DNA of 64,000 nt from Candidatus Doudnabacteria bacterium RIFCSPHIGHO2_12_FULL_48_16 (GCA_001780035.1 MFEY01000007.1:262343-326342), one strand, 5' to 3'. Shown: positions 10,177 through 20,067, counted from the stretch's first letter. Notes: generated from the sequence alone by a model not told the origin. Made by a program: numbers and translations.

Positions 10177-11013
10177 ATGAAGCGCACCGCACTCGTCGTC
10201 GTCTTCCTCCTCGGCCTCAACAGCGGCCTCGCGTTCGCGCAGGCCCCGGCGCGCCCGACGCCGCAGACCACACCGACCGCTCCGGCGACGCCCGCGACCC
10301 CCGCGGCGCCGACCTCGTTCACGGTCACGTCGATCGTCCCGGTCAGCGTCGTCTCGGCGGCCAACGACTACCCGAAGCTCGTGAAGCTCGTCGGCGCCAA
10401 CCTCGACAAAGTGGACGTCAGCCTGCTGAAGCTCAGCGACGGCACGACCGACCTCACCATCGCGCTCGCGGACCAGCCCACGGCCAAGACCGCGTCGCTC
10501 ACCGTCACGATCCCCGCCAATTCCAAGGGCGAGTTCGTCCTCAGCGTCGACGGCACCGAGACGAAGAGCAAGCTCGTCGTCAAGGACGCTGACCAGGTCG
10601 CGGCCGAAAAGGCGGAAGCCGAGCGCCGGCGCGCGATTGCGCAGGCGGCAGCCGCGGCGGCCAAGGTCAAGACGCTCGAGACGCAGGTCTCGGCAATCAA
10701 GACTCAGATCACCGCGCTGGCGCAGACCGTGGGCACCGACAACGGGCAGGGCGGCAAGATCGCCAGCCTCGAGTCGGCGAACATGACGCTCACGGCGCGC
10801 GTCGCAGCCCTGGAAGCCAAGGTCAACGCGCCGACGACAGGCCTCGAGGCCCTCGGCGGTCGGGTGATCGGCCTCGAGCAGGCTGACCGGAACCAGAACC
10901 AGGCCATCGGCGCCGTGGCTGCGGTCGTCGTCAACGGCGGCAAGAAGAGCGAGAAGGAAGCCGTCCGCGAGCTGCTCGCGCGCCTCAACGTCGCGATCAT
11001 CGAGAAGAAGTAG
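10177..11013 (+). CDS. secreted protein: Pro/Thr linker, beta-rich domain, coiled coil
   Basis: signal peptide ending AFA; AAGGAG SD; third codon positions almost all G/C. Confidence 0.8.
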   Translation: MKRTALVVVFLLGLNSGLAFAQAPARPTPQTTPTAPATPATPAAPTSFTVTSIVPVSVVSAANDYPKLVKLVGANLDKVDVSLLKLSDGTTDLTIALADQPTAKTASLTVTIPANSKGEFVLSVDGTETKSKLVVKDADQVAAEKAEAERRRAIAQAAAAAAKVKTLETQVSAIKTQITALAQTVGTDNGQGGKIASLESANMTLTARVAALEAKVNAPTTGLEALGGRVIGLEQADRNQNQAIGAVAAVVVNGGKKSEKEAVRELLARLNVAIIEKK

Positions 11014-11168
11014 ACATCATCAAGGAGGGGTTCCTCTACCCTGCAAGTGCCGGCCAATGTGGCCGACCAGAGGGAAAATCGGACAGTAGCAACGATGCTC
11101 TGTCCTTTTTTCGTGTCCAGTTTAGGATTTAGAAATTAGATATTCGAAATTCCGCGACCTTTAAAGCA

Positions 11169-11197
11169 TTGACAAAAGCCGCGGCCGGGTGTATAAT
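11169..11197 (+). promoter_or_regulatory. sigma70 consensus promoter of rnj with long 5' UTR
   Basis: TTGACA-N17-TATAAT about 180 nt upstream of the ATG. Confidence 0.7.
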
Positions 11198-11379
11198 ATA
11201 TTTACCTTGAAATCTTGAAAAATTGAAATCAAAAGTAGTTGATACGAAACAGTCCGTAATTTTTTGCGTCCTGCTTTGTGTTAACTAGGCACCCTTGGCC
11301 TTGGGTTTAGCCCTGCCAAATGCCTAAATTCAATTATTATTCAGTCGTAAAGTGACACAATTACGATCAAAGGTTTTAC

Positions 11380-13176
11380 ATGATTTTTAAGAAACCAGGT
11401 CCGCCGCGCCCCATGGGCCGACAGACCACAGGGGTCGCGCCGCGCCTGCCAGCCGGACAGTTAGGTCCGGAAACGCAGGCACTAACGCACCGCCCCGACC
11501 CCAAAGCCATCCTCAAGGTCATTCCCTTGGGCGGCATTGAGGAAGTCGGCGAAAACATGACGGTCCTCGAATACGGGGACGACATCGTCGTGATCGACAT
11601 GGGTTTGGGTTTTCCGGACGAAACCATGCCGGGGATCGATTACATCATCCCCAACACCAAATATCTGGAAGAAAACAAAAAACGCATCCGCGGCGTGATC
11701 ATCACGCACGGGCATTTGGACCACATCGGGGCCATCCCCTACATCATGCCCAAAATCGGCGACCCGCCGATTTTCACCATGAAACTGACGGCGGAATTCG
11801 TCAAAAAGCGGCTGGATGAATTTCATCTGCTCGGCCGCTCCCAGATCAACATCATCAACAAAGATGATGTTTTGACCCTGGGCAATTTCCGCATCCGGTT
11901 CTTCCGGATCAACCACAACATTCCGGACGGCGTCGGTCTGGCCATCAATTCCCCCGCCGGGCTTTTGATCTATGCCACGGACTGGAAATTCGATCACACT
12001 CCGGTTGATAACCGCCCGACCGAATTCGACAAAATCGCCAAATACGGCGGCGAGGGCGTGGCGCTCTTAATGAGCGACTCAACCAATGCCGAGCGCCCCG
12101 GCTATTCCATGTCGGAAAAAACGCTGAGCAACACCATTGACCGGATCATGGCCGATGCCAAAGGCCGCGTGATTTTTGCGACCTTCTCCTCCCTGGTCAA
12201 CCGCGTGCAGCAAGTGATGGATGCCGCCTACAAAACCAACCGCAAAGTGGTTGTAACCGGCAGAAGCCTCGTCAACAGCGTGGAAATCTGTCTGGCCACC
12301 GGCTATCTGACGCTGCCGGCCAAAAACATGATCATCAAAATGGAGCAGGCGAAAAAATTGCCGGACAATCAGGTTATTATCTTGACCACCGGCTCGCAGG
12401 GCGAAGAATTTTCGGCCCTGGCCCGCATTTCCCGCAGCGAGCACAAAATGATCGAGGTCAAAAAAGGCGACACGGTCGTGGTTTCCGCCTCCCCGATTCC
12501 GGGCAATGAACGTTCGATCTCCTCGACTCTGTCGAGTTTGGCACGATTGGGCGCGAAAGTCCTCTATCAAAAGAATTTGGACATCCACACCTCAGGCCAC
12601 GCTTACCAGGAAGACTTAAAGTTAATGATTGGCCTGACCAAGCCGAAATACTTCATGCCGATCCACGGCGAACACCACATGTTGGTGGCGCACGGCCAGC
12701 TGGCGGCCGACGTCGGCGTGCCCGAAGAGAACATTCACATCCTCGACAATGGCCAGATGTTGGAACTCTCCTCAACCGGGGCCAAGGCGATTGAAGCCAA
12801 AATCCCGACCGGCTACGTCTTCGTCGATGGCCTCGGCGTGGGCGATGTCGGCGAAGTCGTCTTGCGCGATCGTCAGGTCATGGCCAAAGACGGCATGTTT
12901 GTCATCATCATGACCATTGACCGCAAGAGTGGCAAACTGACCCAGCAGCCGGACATTCTCTCCCGCGGCTTCATCTATATGAAGGGTTCGGAAGATCTGC
13001 TCAAGGAAGTCAAACACGAAGTCCGCAAAGTCGTGGAAAGCAAAAACGGCAAAACGAACTTCAAAGAACCCAACTGGGCTTACCTGCGATCCGAAGTGCG
13101 CGATCAAATCGGCGAATTCCTGTTTCAAAGGACCGAACGAAGACCGATGATATTACCAGTCGTGATTGAAGTGTAA
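11380..13176 (+). CDS. rnj: ribonuclease J
   Basis: PLGGIEEVGEN, THGHLDHIG, HTSGHA, PIHGE, RRPMILPVVIEV. Confidence 0.96.
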   Translation: MIFKKPGPPRPMGRQTTGVAPRLPAGQLGPETQALTHRPDPKAILKVIPLGGIEEVGENMTVLEYGDDIVVIDMGLGFPDETMPGIDYIIPNTKYLEENKKRIRGVIITHGHLDHIGAIPYIMPKIGDPPIFTMKLTAEFVKKRLDEFHLLGRSQINIINKDDVLTLGNFRIRFFRINHNIPDGVGLAINSPAGLLIYATDWKFDHTPVDNRPTEFDKIAKYGGEGVALLMSDSTNAERPGYSMSEKTLSNTIDRIMADAKGRVIFATFSSLVNRVQQVMDAAYKTNRKVVVTGRSLVNSVEICLATGYLTLPAKNMIIKMEQAKKLPDNQVIILTTGSQGEEFSALARISRSEHKMIEVKKGDTVVVSASPIPGNERSISSTLSSLARLGAKVLYQKNLDIHTSGHAYQEDLKLMIGLTKPKYFMPIHGEHHMLVAHGQLAADVGVPEENIHILDNGQMLELSSTGAKAIEAKIPTGYVFVDGLGVGDVGEVVLRDRQVMAKDGMFVIIMTIDRKSGKLTQQPDILSRGFIYMKGSEDLLKEVKHEVRKVVESKNGKTNFKEPNWAYLRSEVRDQIGEFLFQRTERRPMILPVVIEV

Positions 13177-13392
13177 CTCCCCCGCTGACCCTCGACTGAC
13201 GCACCCCCTCTTACATTAAGAGGGGGTTTAAAATAGCGTTGCCAGCAGCCTCATGGAAATTTGCCACTGCCCGAGCGACAAAGACCCGGTTAGATATGTC
13301 ATTGTCGCGAGTCTGGCAAATTTCCGACTTTGGTGCCACCTTTCCTAGAAAGGTGGCAGAATAAAATATTTACGCTATAATATATCCATGAA

Positions 13393-13494
13393 TCCCATTA
13401 GAAATTTTGCATAGTTTGATTTATCGCAAGATTATACTTAACGGGCTGATTACAAAACATACTAATTTATTAACCAATCATTATTTCTAACGGG
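13393..13494. mobile_element. ~100-bp MITE-like element, copy 1, at the trpS start codon
   Basis: TCCCATTAGAAAT...ATTTCTAACGGG terminal IR, flanked by ATGAA direct repeats; paralog at 34131-34231. Confidence 0.75.
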
Positions 13495-14475
13495 ATGAAA
13501 AACAGTATTCTCTCAGGAATTCAACCGACCGGCGAACTCCATATCGGCAACTACCTCGGATCGCTCAAAAACTTTGTGGAACTCCAAGATGAGTTCGACT
13601 GTTATTTTTGCATCGTTGACCTGCACTCCTTAACCGAAGAATTTGAACCGGGCGCGGCCAAGCGCAAACAAATTCTGGACATCGCGGCCACTTTCCTGGC
13701 AGCGGGCTTAGACCCAGCCAAATCTACGTTATTTATCCAATCCCATGTATCGGCACACGCCGAACTGGCTTGGATTTTCAATACGATCACCCCCATGGGT
13801 GAGCTGGAACGCATGACACAATATAAAGACAAGTCTAGCCGACAACAAGCGAATATTAACGCTGGCTTGTTTGATTACCCGGTCTTAATGGCCGCAGATA
13901 TTTTACTATACAAACCGACGCATGTGCCGGTGGGGCATGATCAAATCCAGCATTTGGAACTGACCAACACCATCGTACGGAAATTTAATCATAAATTCGG
14001 CCAGACATTCAACGAAGTTAAAATCTATGCCCAAAAACCGCTGCGGATCATGAGCTTGTCCGAGCCGGAGCGCAAAATGAGCAAGTCTGAACCTGGTTCC
14101 TTCATCAACATGTTTGATGAACCCGAAGAAATCCACAAAAAACTGGCCAAGGCGGTCACGGCGACTGATGCGCCAGCAGGCCAGATGCCAAAAGGTGTCG
14201 CGAATCTCTTTGAACTCCTCACCCACTTCGGCTCCCCGGCTGACCACGAGCGGCTGATGAAGGAATACCAGGGCGGCACGATCAAATATTCCGAACTCAA
14301 GCAAGTTTTGGGTGATGCGATTGCGAATTACTTCGCGCCAATGCGGGTCAAGCGCGCGGAATTGGAAAAAAATCCGGATCAGATTATTAAAATCTTCACC
14401 GCGGGCGCCAAGAAAGCTCAGATTGTGGCTCAAGCCACCCTGGCAGAAGTCAAACAAAAAATTGGTCTGATTTAG
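13495..14475 (+). CDS. trpS: tryptophan--tRNA ligase
   Basis: SGIQPTGELHIGNYLG, YPVLMAADIL, KMSKS. Confidence 0.97.
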   Translation: MKNSILSGIQPTGELHIGNYLGSLKNFVELQDEFDCYFCIVDLHSLTEEFEPGAAKRKQILDIAATFLAAGLDPAKSTLFIQSHVSAHAELAWIFNTITPMGELERMTQYKDKSSRQQANINAGLFDYPVLMAADILLYKPTHVPVGHDQIQHLELTNTIVRKFNHKFGQTFNEVKIYAQKPLRIMSLSEPERKMSKSEPGSFINMFDEPEEIHKKLAKAVTATDAPAGQMPKGVANLFELLTHFGSPADHERLMKEYQGGTIKYSELKQVLGDAIANYFAPMRVKRAELEKNPDQIIKIFTAGAKKAQIVAQATLAEVKQKIGLI

Positions 14476-14550
14476 AAAGTCACAACTGTGGCTTTTTAAG
14501 TTGTTCCCGTTTGCATTCATCGTTCGTTTACCCCACAGGAGGTTCTAATC

Positions 14551-15051
14551 ATGCTGCCCAACGGCGTCAGGGAGGAAGAACTCGGCCCAATCGGCAAGAT
14601 GTGGGTCCGTGCGATCCTGGCCCAGCAAGAAGCTGATGATGAGATTCGTCGGAGGAACCACATGCTGATATACGCCTACATTCAATTTCCGAACGGCGAG
14701 CGAACCACGGCGGGCACGAATGCACTCGTCGCCGCCTACGAAGCCAGATTGAAGGGCTCCGAGCCCTCTAACCTGGTTGACCAGGATTGGTACGGCAAGA
14801 TCGCCCACTGCTGGCCCAGCGCTAAATTCGGCAACTCGCTCAATGTGGCATTCATCGACCACCGGGGCGAACATCTCGACGAGGTGCTCAAAGGCCTGCG
14901 CAGTGCCATCCCCGAACATGTCGCGGTGCACCAGTTCACGCCCGCGGCGGAAGAAGTGATCCCGCCGGCCGGCAGCGAAATTCCACACGCAGCGGTGGCG
15001 GCTAAGCGGGTAGTGCTATCTTTCACCCGCACGCAGTCGTCCGCCGCCTGA
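14551..15051 (+). CDS. hypothetical protein
   Basis: 166 aa ORF, AGGAGG SD, downstream hairpin with T-run. Confidence 0.7.
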   Translation: MLPNGVREEELGPIGKMWVRAILAQQEADDEIRRRNHMLIYAYIQFPNGERTTAGTNALVAAYEARLKGSEPSNLVDQDWYGKIAHCWPSAKFGNSLNVAFIDHRGEHLDEVLKGLRSAIPEHVAVHQFTPAAEEVIPPAGSEIPHAAVAAKRVVLSFTRTQSSAA

Positions 15052-15148
15052 CGGCAGCCATCCACTTGGGTTCCGGGCCCAATTCAAAAAGCGCGAAGTC
15101 TTGTTCCCCACAGACTTCGCGCTCGTTCTTTTTATAACCAACTGTTAT

Positions 15149-16537
15149 TTAGGCTGATTCCCAAGTTTCCGCGACTTCGGGATATTTTTTTAACTTTTCT
15201 TTGAAGATTTTCTGGATTTTGTCCAAATCTTCTTGTGTTTTTGCTTCAAAACGCAAAACCAATGCCGGCAGATTGGAGGAGGCTCGCACCAAACCCCAAC
15301 CGCTGAGCAGATAAACCCGGGCGCCGTTGATATCTATTACCCTGTATCCTTCAGATTTAAACTCTTCCGTTAATTTTTTTACTATATCGTATTTAACATC
15401 ATCGGGGACATGCGCATGCAAGGCCGGAGTAGAAATATAATACGGAGTTGCTTCGACTATCTTTGAAAGCGGTTCACTCAAGCTCGATAGGTATTCCAAA
15501 AGCTTCAATCCCGCAAAATTTGCGTCATCAAAGCCGTAATACTCATCAACGAAAAATGTATGACCTGACTGTTCTCCGCCAAAACTACCCCCCTCAGACT
15601 TAAGCCTTTCTTTCACATACATATATCCCGTGGGGCTCATAATCGGCACGCCGCCGTGAGCCGTGATGTCTTCAGGCAAGGCTTCGGAAACTTTTACATC
15701 AAACACTATTTTGGCGCCGGGTTTTTTGGAAAGCACTAGACGAGACAGTAAAATCAACCATCGATCCGGCCAAATAATTTGCCCTTTTTCATCTGTAACT
15801 CCCAAACGGTCGCCGTCGGCATCAATTCCGATTCCAAGGTCGGCCTTATGATTGACCACTTGCCTGCCGGTATCCTCCATCATCTCAACGTTGGCCGGAT
15901 TGGGGACATAATTTGGATAGCTCGGATCAAGATTAGTGTTGTGTTCGATCACTTCACATCCGAATCGACGAAAAATTTCCGGCGAAAACATGCTGCTGGT
16001 TGCGTTAGCCGTATTTATAACAACTTTGAGCTTGCGATTAAGCTTGGCCCGGGACAAAATATCTTCCACATATAGCTTAGCGATATTTTCTTCGCGTAAA
16101 CTACCTTGGCCGGAAGCAAACTCTCCAGATTCCGCAATATGCAAGACTTCTTTGATTTGAGTATTATCTAAAGTTTTAGAATAATCATCACCCATCTTCA
16201 ACCCATTCCATCCGGCCGGATTATGACTGGCCGTGATCATCAAGCCACCTTTCACCTTAAAATGGTAGGGCGCCCAATATATCATTGGGGTTAAACAAAT
16301 ACCAATGCCTATTACATCCACTCCGGTGCTTCGAAGCGCTTTGGTTGTAGCCTGATAAAAATCTTCCGAGCTTTTACGATTATCATGCCCGACAACCGCT
16401 TGAGTGATATTCTTTTTTCTAAGCAGGGTGCCGAAGGCTTTGACAATCAAAGTTATTGAATCTACGTTCAGTTCCTCGTCTGATTCCCTGCCGCGAATAT
16501 CATATTCGCGAAACATGTATTTATTTATAGTGTTCAT
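15149..16537 (-). CDS. phosphomannomutase/phosphoglucomutase
   Basis: FREYDIRG, ITASHNP, DADGDR, GEQSGH, RASSN. Confidence 0.94.
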   Translation of the reverse strand: MNTINKYMFREYDIRGRESDEELNVDSITLIVKAFGTLLRKKNITQAVVGHDNRKSSEDFYQATTKALRSTGVDVIGIGICLTPMIYWAPYHFKVKGGLMITASHNPAGWNGLKMGDDYSKTLDNTQIKEVLHIAESGEFASGQGSLREENIAKLYVEDILSRAKLNRKLKVVINTANATSSMFSPEIFRRFGCEVIEHNTNLDPSYPNYVPNPANVEMMEDTGRQVVNHKADLGIGIDADGDRLGVTDEKGQIIWPDRWLILLSRLVLSKKPGAKIVFDVKVSEALPEDITAHGGVPIMSPTGYMYVKERLKSEGGSFGGEQSGHTFFVDEYYGFDDANFAGLKLLEYLSSLSEPLSKIVEATPYYISTPALHAHVPDDVKYDIVKKLTEEFKSEGYRVIDINGARVYLLSGWGLVRASSNLPALVLRFEAKTQEDLDKIQKIFKEKLKKYPEVAETWESA

Positions 16538-16589
16538 AGCGACTTATAGTCTATCAAAAATCCCGCAAGTCTGCTAGAATTGAGCCATT

Positions 16590-17642
16590 ATGAGCTTTTC
16601 TGTCGGAATCGTTGGGCTGCCCAACGTCGGAAAATCCACTCTGTTCAATGCCCTCACGAAGCAAGCCGTCGCTGCTTCGAATTTTCCTTTTACCACGATC
16701 GAGCCCAACGTCGGCGTGATTGCCGTGCCTGATGAACGGATTGAAAAATTAGCCAAACTGGAAAAATCCGAAAAGCTCGTACCGACCTCCATCCGCTTCG
16801 TCGACATTGCCGGCCTGGTCAAGGGCGCGGCGGAAGGCGCGGGCCTCGGCAACAAATTTCTTTCCCACATCCGAGGAGTCGATGCCATCGTGCAAGTCGT
16901 GCGATTTTTTGAAAACAAAGACATTATTCACGTCGACGGGTCGGTCGATCCGACGCGCGATATCGAAGTTATCAATCTCGAATTAATGCTGGCGGATTTA
17001 AATACCGTCAACAAACGCCTCGATACCCTTAATCGCGACGTTAAATCCGGCAACAAAGAGGCCCTGGTGCTCAAAGCCGTACTGGATAAGGTTAAAACTG
17101 CGCTCGATGCCGGCCAGTTGGCGCGCGCGGTGGGACTAACTGACGAAGAAAAACGTCTAGTCAGCCAACTGCAGCTTCTGACCATGAAGCCGACCTTGTA
17201 TGTAGCCAACATACTCACCCCTCACCCCTCAAACCTCGGCGCTGAGTTCCTGCCGATCGACGTCAAAATCGAAGCCGAGCTTGCCGAACTGACGGCTGCG
17301 GAACAGAAAGAATACATGAAGGAATTGGGGATGGCCGAATCCGGGCTCGACCGTTTGGCGCGCGCCGCTTACAAGCTTTTAAATTTAATTACTTTTTTTA
17401 CGGCCGGGCCCATGGAAACCAAGGCCTGGACGATTGTTAACGGCACCAAGGCCCCGCAGGCCGCCGGAGTGATCCACACCGACTTTGAAAAAGGCTTTAT
17501 CAAAGCCGAGGTCATTGCCTGGGACAAGCTCCTGCAAGCCGGAGGCTATGCCGCGGCCCGCGACAAGGGCTGGTTAAGACTGGAAGGCAAAGAATACATC
17601 GTTCAAGATGGCGACGTGGCCCACTTCCGATTCAATAATTGA
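16590..17642 (+). CDS. ychF: Obg-family ATPase YchF
   Basis: [38 protein letters not shown]. Confidence 0.97.
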   Translation: MSFSVGIVGLPNVGKSTLFNALTKQAVAASNFPFTTIEPNVGVIAVPDERIEKLAKLEKSEKLVPTSIRFVDIAGLVKGAAEGAGLGNKFLSHIRGVDAIVQVVRFFENKDIIHVDGSVDPTRDIEVINLELMLADLNTVNKRLDTLNRDVKSGNKEALVLKAVLDKVKTALDAGQLARAVGLTDEEKRLVSQLQLLTMKPTLYVANILTPHPSNLGAEFLPIDVKIEAELAELTAAEQKEYMKELGMAESGLDRLARAAYKLLNLITFFTAGPMETKAWTIVNGTKAPQAAGVIHTDFEKGFIKAEVIAWDKLLQAGGYAAARDKGWLRLEGKEYIVQDGDVAHFRFNN

Positions 17643-17653
17643 TTTCAGATTTT

Positions 17654-17707
17654 CCCTCTCCCCTTGCGGGAGAGGGTGCCCGATCGAATGATCGGGCGGG
17701 TGAGGGG
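17654..17707 (+). repeat. left palindromic flank of the DUF559-type gene
   Basis: CCCTCTCCC-CTTGC-GGGAGAGGG, second hairpin, then GGGTGAGGGG. Confidence 0.8.
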
Positions 17708-17708
17708 T

Positions 17709-18101
17709 ATGCTAGCAGAAAAAAACGCCAAAAAACTCAGAAAACTACAAACGCCCGAAGAAAAAATTCTCTGGGAGCGTATTAAAAACAGGAGACTGGG
17801 AAACTATAAATTTCGCAGGCAGGCCATTATTGATTTACTGATAGTAGATTTTTGTTGTTTTGAAAAACGCTTGGTAATCGAGCTCGATGGCTTTGGCCAT
17901 AGAAAAAACAAACCGATTGATATGAACCGTGATAGATATTTAAAATCTCAAGGATTTAGGATTATTCGACTTTGGAACTCAGAAATCGATCAAAATTTAG
18001 AAAAAACCATAAATAAAATACTGGTTGCTCTGGAATCACCCTCATCCGGCGCTGTCGCGCCACCTTCTCCCGTAAAGGGAGAAGGACAAAATGGGATCTA
18101 A
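17709..18101 (+). CDS. DUF559/Vsr-like endonuclease domain protein
   Basis: LRK..TPEE..LW...KFRRQ...IVDF...LVIELDG..H...RDRYLKSQGFRIIRLWN; AT-rich. Confidence 0.88.
   Translation: MLAEKNAKKLRKLQTPEEKILWERIKNRRLGNYKFRRQAIIDLLIVDFCCFEKRLVIELDGFGHRKNKPIDMNRDRYLKSQGFRIIRLWNSEIDQNLEKTINKILVALESPSSGAVAPPSPVKGEGQNGI
18037..18085 (-). repeat. right palindromic flank of the DUF559-type gene (inverted)
   Basis: reverse complement CCTTCTCCCTTTACGGGAGAAGGTGGCGCGACAGCGCCGGATGAGGGTG. Confidence 0.8.
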
Positions 18102-18266
18102 ATACAGGCTTGACCAGACGCTCAATTTTTGCTAAGATATTTTGGCTTTAACAAATTAACTCATTATTCGTCCCCGCCTGGGCGGGGGTGATAAGTCCCG
18201 CCTTTGGCGGGATCCCGCCGTCATTTTCATTACAAATTTCGGTGGCGGGAAAAGGAAACCCTTCTT

Positions 18267-18719
18267 ATGCCAAAATATGAGCTGATGTATATCTTATCCT
18301 CAGCCGTATCCGACAACGATGTCCCGGCCGTGGCCTCGGAAGTCGACAAGTTCATTACTGACAACGGAGGCGCGGTTCTTACCAGCGAAATGCTCGGCAA
18401 GAAAAAACTGGCCTATCCCATCAAGAAAACCCGGAACGGTTTTTATGTTTTGGAAACTTTCAACCTGGACGGCGCCAAACTGCAAGCGCTGGACAACAAA
18501 CTGCGTTCACTGGAAACGATCATCCGCTACTTAGTAATCAACCTGGAAGAACAGGAGCTCCGCGCGGTCAAAGACAAAGCCGTGCAGGAAAAAATGCGCG
18601 CCTCGCGCAAACCTCAGATGGTCAAGACGGAAGGCGCCCCGAAAGAGGTCAAGCTGACGGAAACCGAACTGGAAAACAAAATTGAACAGGCCCTCGAGTC
18701 AGAAGATCTTACTAAGTAA
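18267..18719 (+). CDS. rpsF: 30S ribosomal protein S6
   Basis: KYELMYIL...GKKKLAYPIKK...GFY; rpsF-ssb-rpsR order. Confidence 0.95.
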   Translation: MPKYELMYILSSAVSDNDVPAVASEVDKFITDNGGAVLTSEMLGKKKLAYPIKKTRNGFYVLETFNLDGAKLQALDNKLRSLETIIRYLVINLEEQELRAVKDKAVQEKMRASRKPQMVKTEGAPKEVKLTETELENKIEQALESEDLTK

Positions 18720-18735
18720 TTAATTATCTAATTAT

Positions 18736-19203
18736 ATGGATCTTAACAAAGTCATGATTATCGGGCGCTTAACCCGCGACCCGGAAGTCCGCACCACTCC
18801 CAACGGTGCCAACGTGGTTTCGTTTTCCGTCGCCACCAGCTTCAACTGGACCGACAAAAATGACGGCCAGAAAAAAGAGCAGACGGAATTCCATAACGTC
18901 GTCGCCTGGCGCAAGCTCGCCGACATTATCGGCCAGTATCTGAAAAAAGGCTCCCAGGTTTACCTCGAAGGCCGGCTCCAAACCCGTTCCTGGGAAGGCC
19001 AGGATGGCAAAAAGAATTACCGCACCGAGATTGTCGCCGACAATATGATTATGCTGGGTCGGCCTGGACAAGGATCGCGATCTGAAGCCGATCTCCCCGC
19101 CGGAACCTCGGCGAAGGCGGGTCCATCTACTCCTATGGATCAGCCAGAGCCCAAAAACGACGTCCCGGAAATTCAGATTGACGACGGCGACATCCCATTC
19201 TAA
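18736..19203 (+). CDS. ssb: single-stranded DNA-binding protein
   Basis: NKVMIIGRLTRDPE, C-terminal DIPF. Confidence 0.97.
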   Translation: MDLNKVMIIGRLTRDPEVRTTPNGANVVSFSVATSFNWTDKNDGQKKEQTEFHNVVAWRKLADIIGQYLKKGSQVYLEGRLQTRSWEGQDGKKNYRTEIVADNMIMLGRPGQGSRSEADLPAGTSAKAGPSTPMDQPEPKNDVPEIQIDDGDIPF

Positions 19204-19239
19204 ATCCATAATTCATCATTTATAATTTTCATTACTTCT

Positions 19240-19461
19240 ATGCCCGCCCCAACCAATATTAAGAAAGTTTGCCTGTTCTGCGCGGAGAAAATCTCCTTCG
19301 TGGATTACAAAGACATCCAATTCCTCCGCCGGTTTATGAGCCCACATGCTAAAATCATGTCCTCCAACAAAACCGGCACCTGCGCCAAGCACCAGCGCAC
19401 GGTTTCGCAAGCCCTAAAACGCGCCCGGCACATGGCATTGCTGCCCTTCGTCGCCGCGTAA
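19240..19461 (+). CDS. rpsR: 30S ribosomal protein S18 (zinc-binding type)
   Basis: CLFC, DYKD, TGTCAKHQR, KRARHMALLP. Confidence 0.95.
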   Translation: MPAPTNIKKVCLFCAEKISFVDYKDIQFLRRFMSPHAKIMSSNKTGTCAKHQRTVSQALKRARHMALLPFVAA

Positions 19462-19474
19462 ATAAGAATCAATC

Positions 19475-20047
19475 ATGGGAGTCCTCGATTTCTCCGATCT
19501 CAAAGGCACCGGCCAGATCATCAAATACAATAACGAACCTTACCAGATCATCTGGTCCAATTTTATGCGCACCGCGCAGCGCAAACCCGTTATCCAGGCC
19601 AAACTGCGCAACCTGATGACCGGCAAGGTTATGGAGTATTCCTTCAAATACGGAGAAAAAATCGATGAGGCGGACGTCGGCAAGCGCAAATGCCAATATC
19701 TCTACTCCGATGGCGAAGGCGCTCACTTCATGAACCCGGAAACATTCGAAGCCCTGCTCGTCCCCCGTGTCATTGTCGAAGATCAAGTTAAATTTCTCAA
19801 GGAAGGATCGGACACGGTCATTATGTTTTTTGAAGACCGGCCGATTGCCCTCGATCTGCCGGTCAAAATGGATTTGAAAGTCACGGAAACCTCGCCGGGC
19901 GTTAGAGGCGATACCGCGACCGGCGGCAGCAAACCCGCAACCCTCGAAACCGGTTATGTGGTCAACGTCCCGCTGTTTATCAAAGAAGGCGACATCGTCC
20001 GGATCAACACCCAGTCCGGCAATTACGTGGAGCGCGCCAGCCAATAA
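19475..20047 (+). CDS. efp: elongation factor P
   Basis: PGVRGDTATGGSKPATLETG, VPLFI, YVER. Confidence 0.96.
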   Translation: MGVLDFSDLKGTGQIIKYNNEPYQIIWSNFMRTAQRKPVIQAKLRNLMTGKVMEYSFKYGEKIDEADVGKRKCQYLYSDGEGAHFMNPETFEALLVPRVIVEDQVKFLKEGSDTVIMFFEDRPIALDLPVKMDLKVTETSPGVRGDTATGGSKPATLETGYVVNVPLFIKEGDIVRINTQSGNYVERASQ

Positions 20048-20067
20048 TTAGAACTCGCTAAGCAATC

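Noticed and set aside
13235-13380. T-box for trpS
   Set aside because: No UGGNACC bulge antiterminator found, and a TATAAT promoter lies downstream of these hairpins.
17664-18266. Longer starts for the DUF559 gene (17664) and rpsF (18204)
   Set aside because: The extensions only translate palindromic repeat DNA; homology starts at 17709 and 18267.
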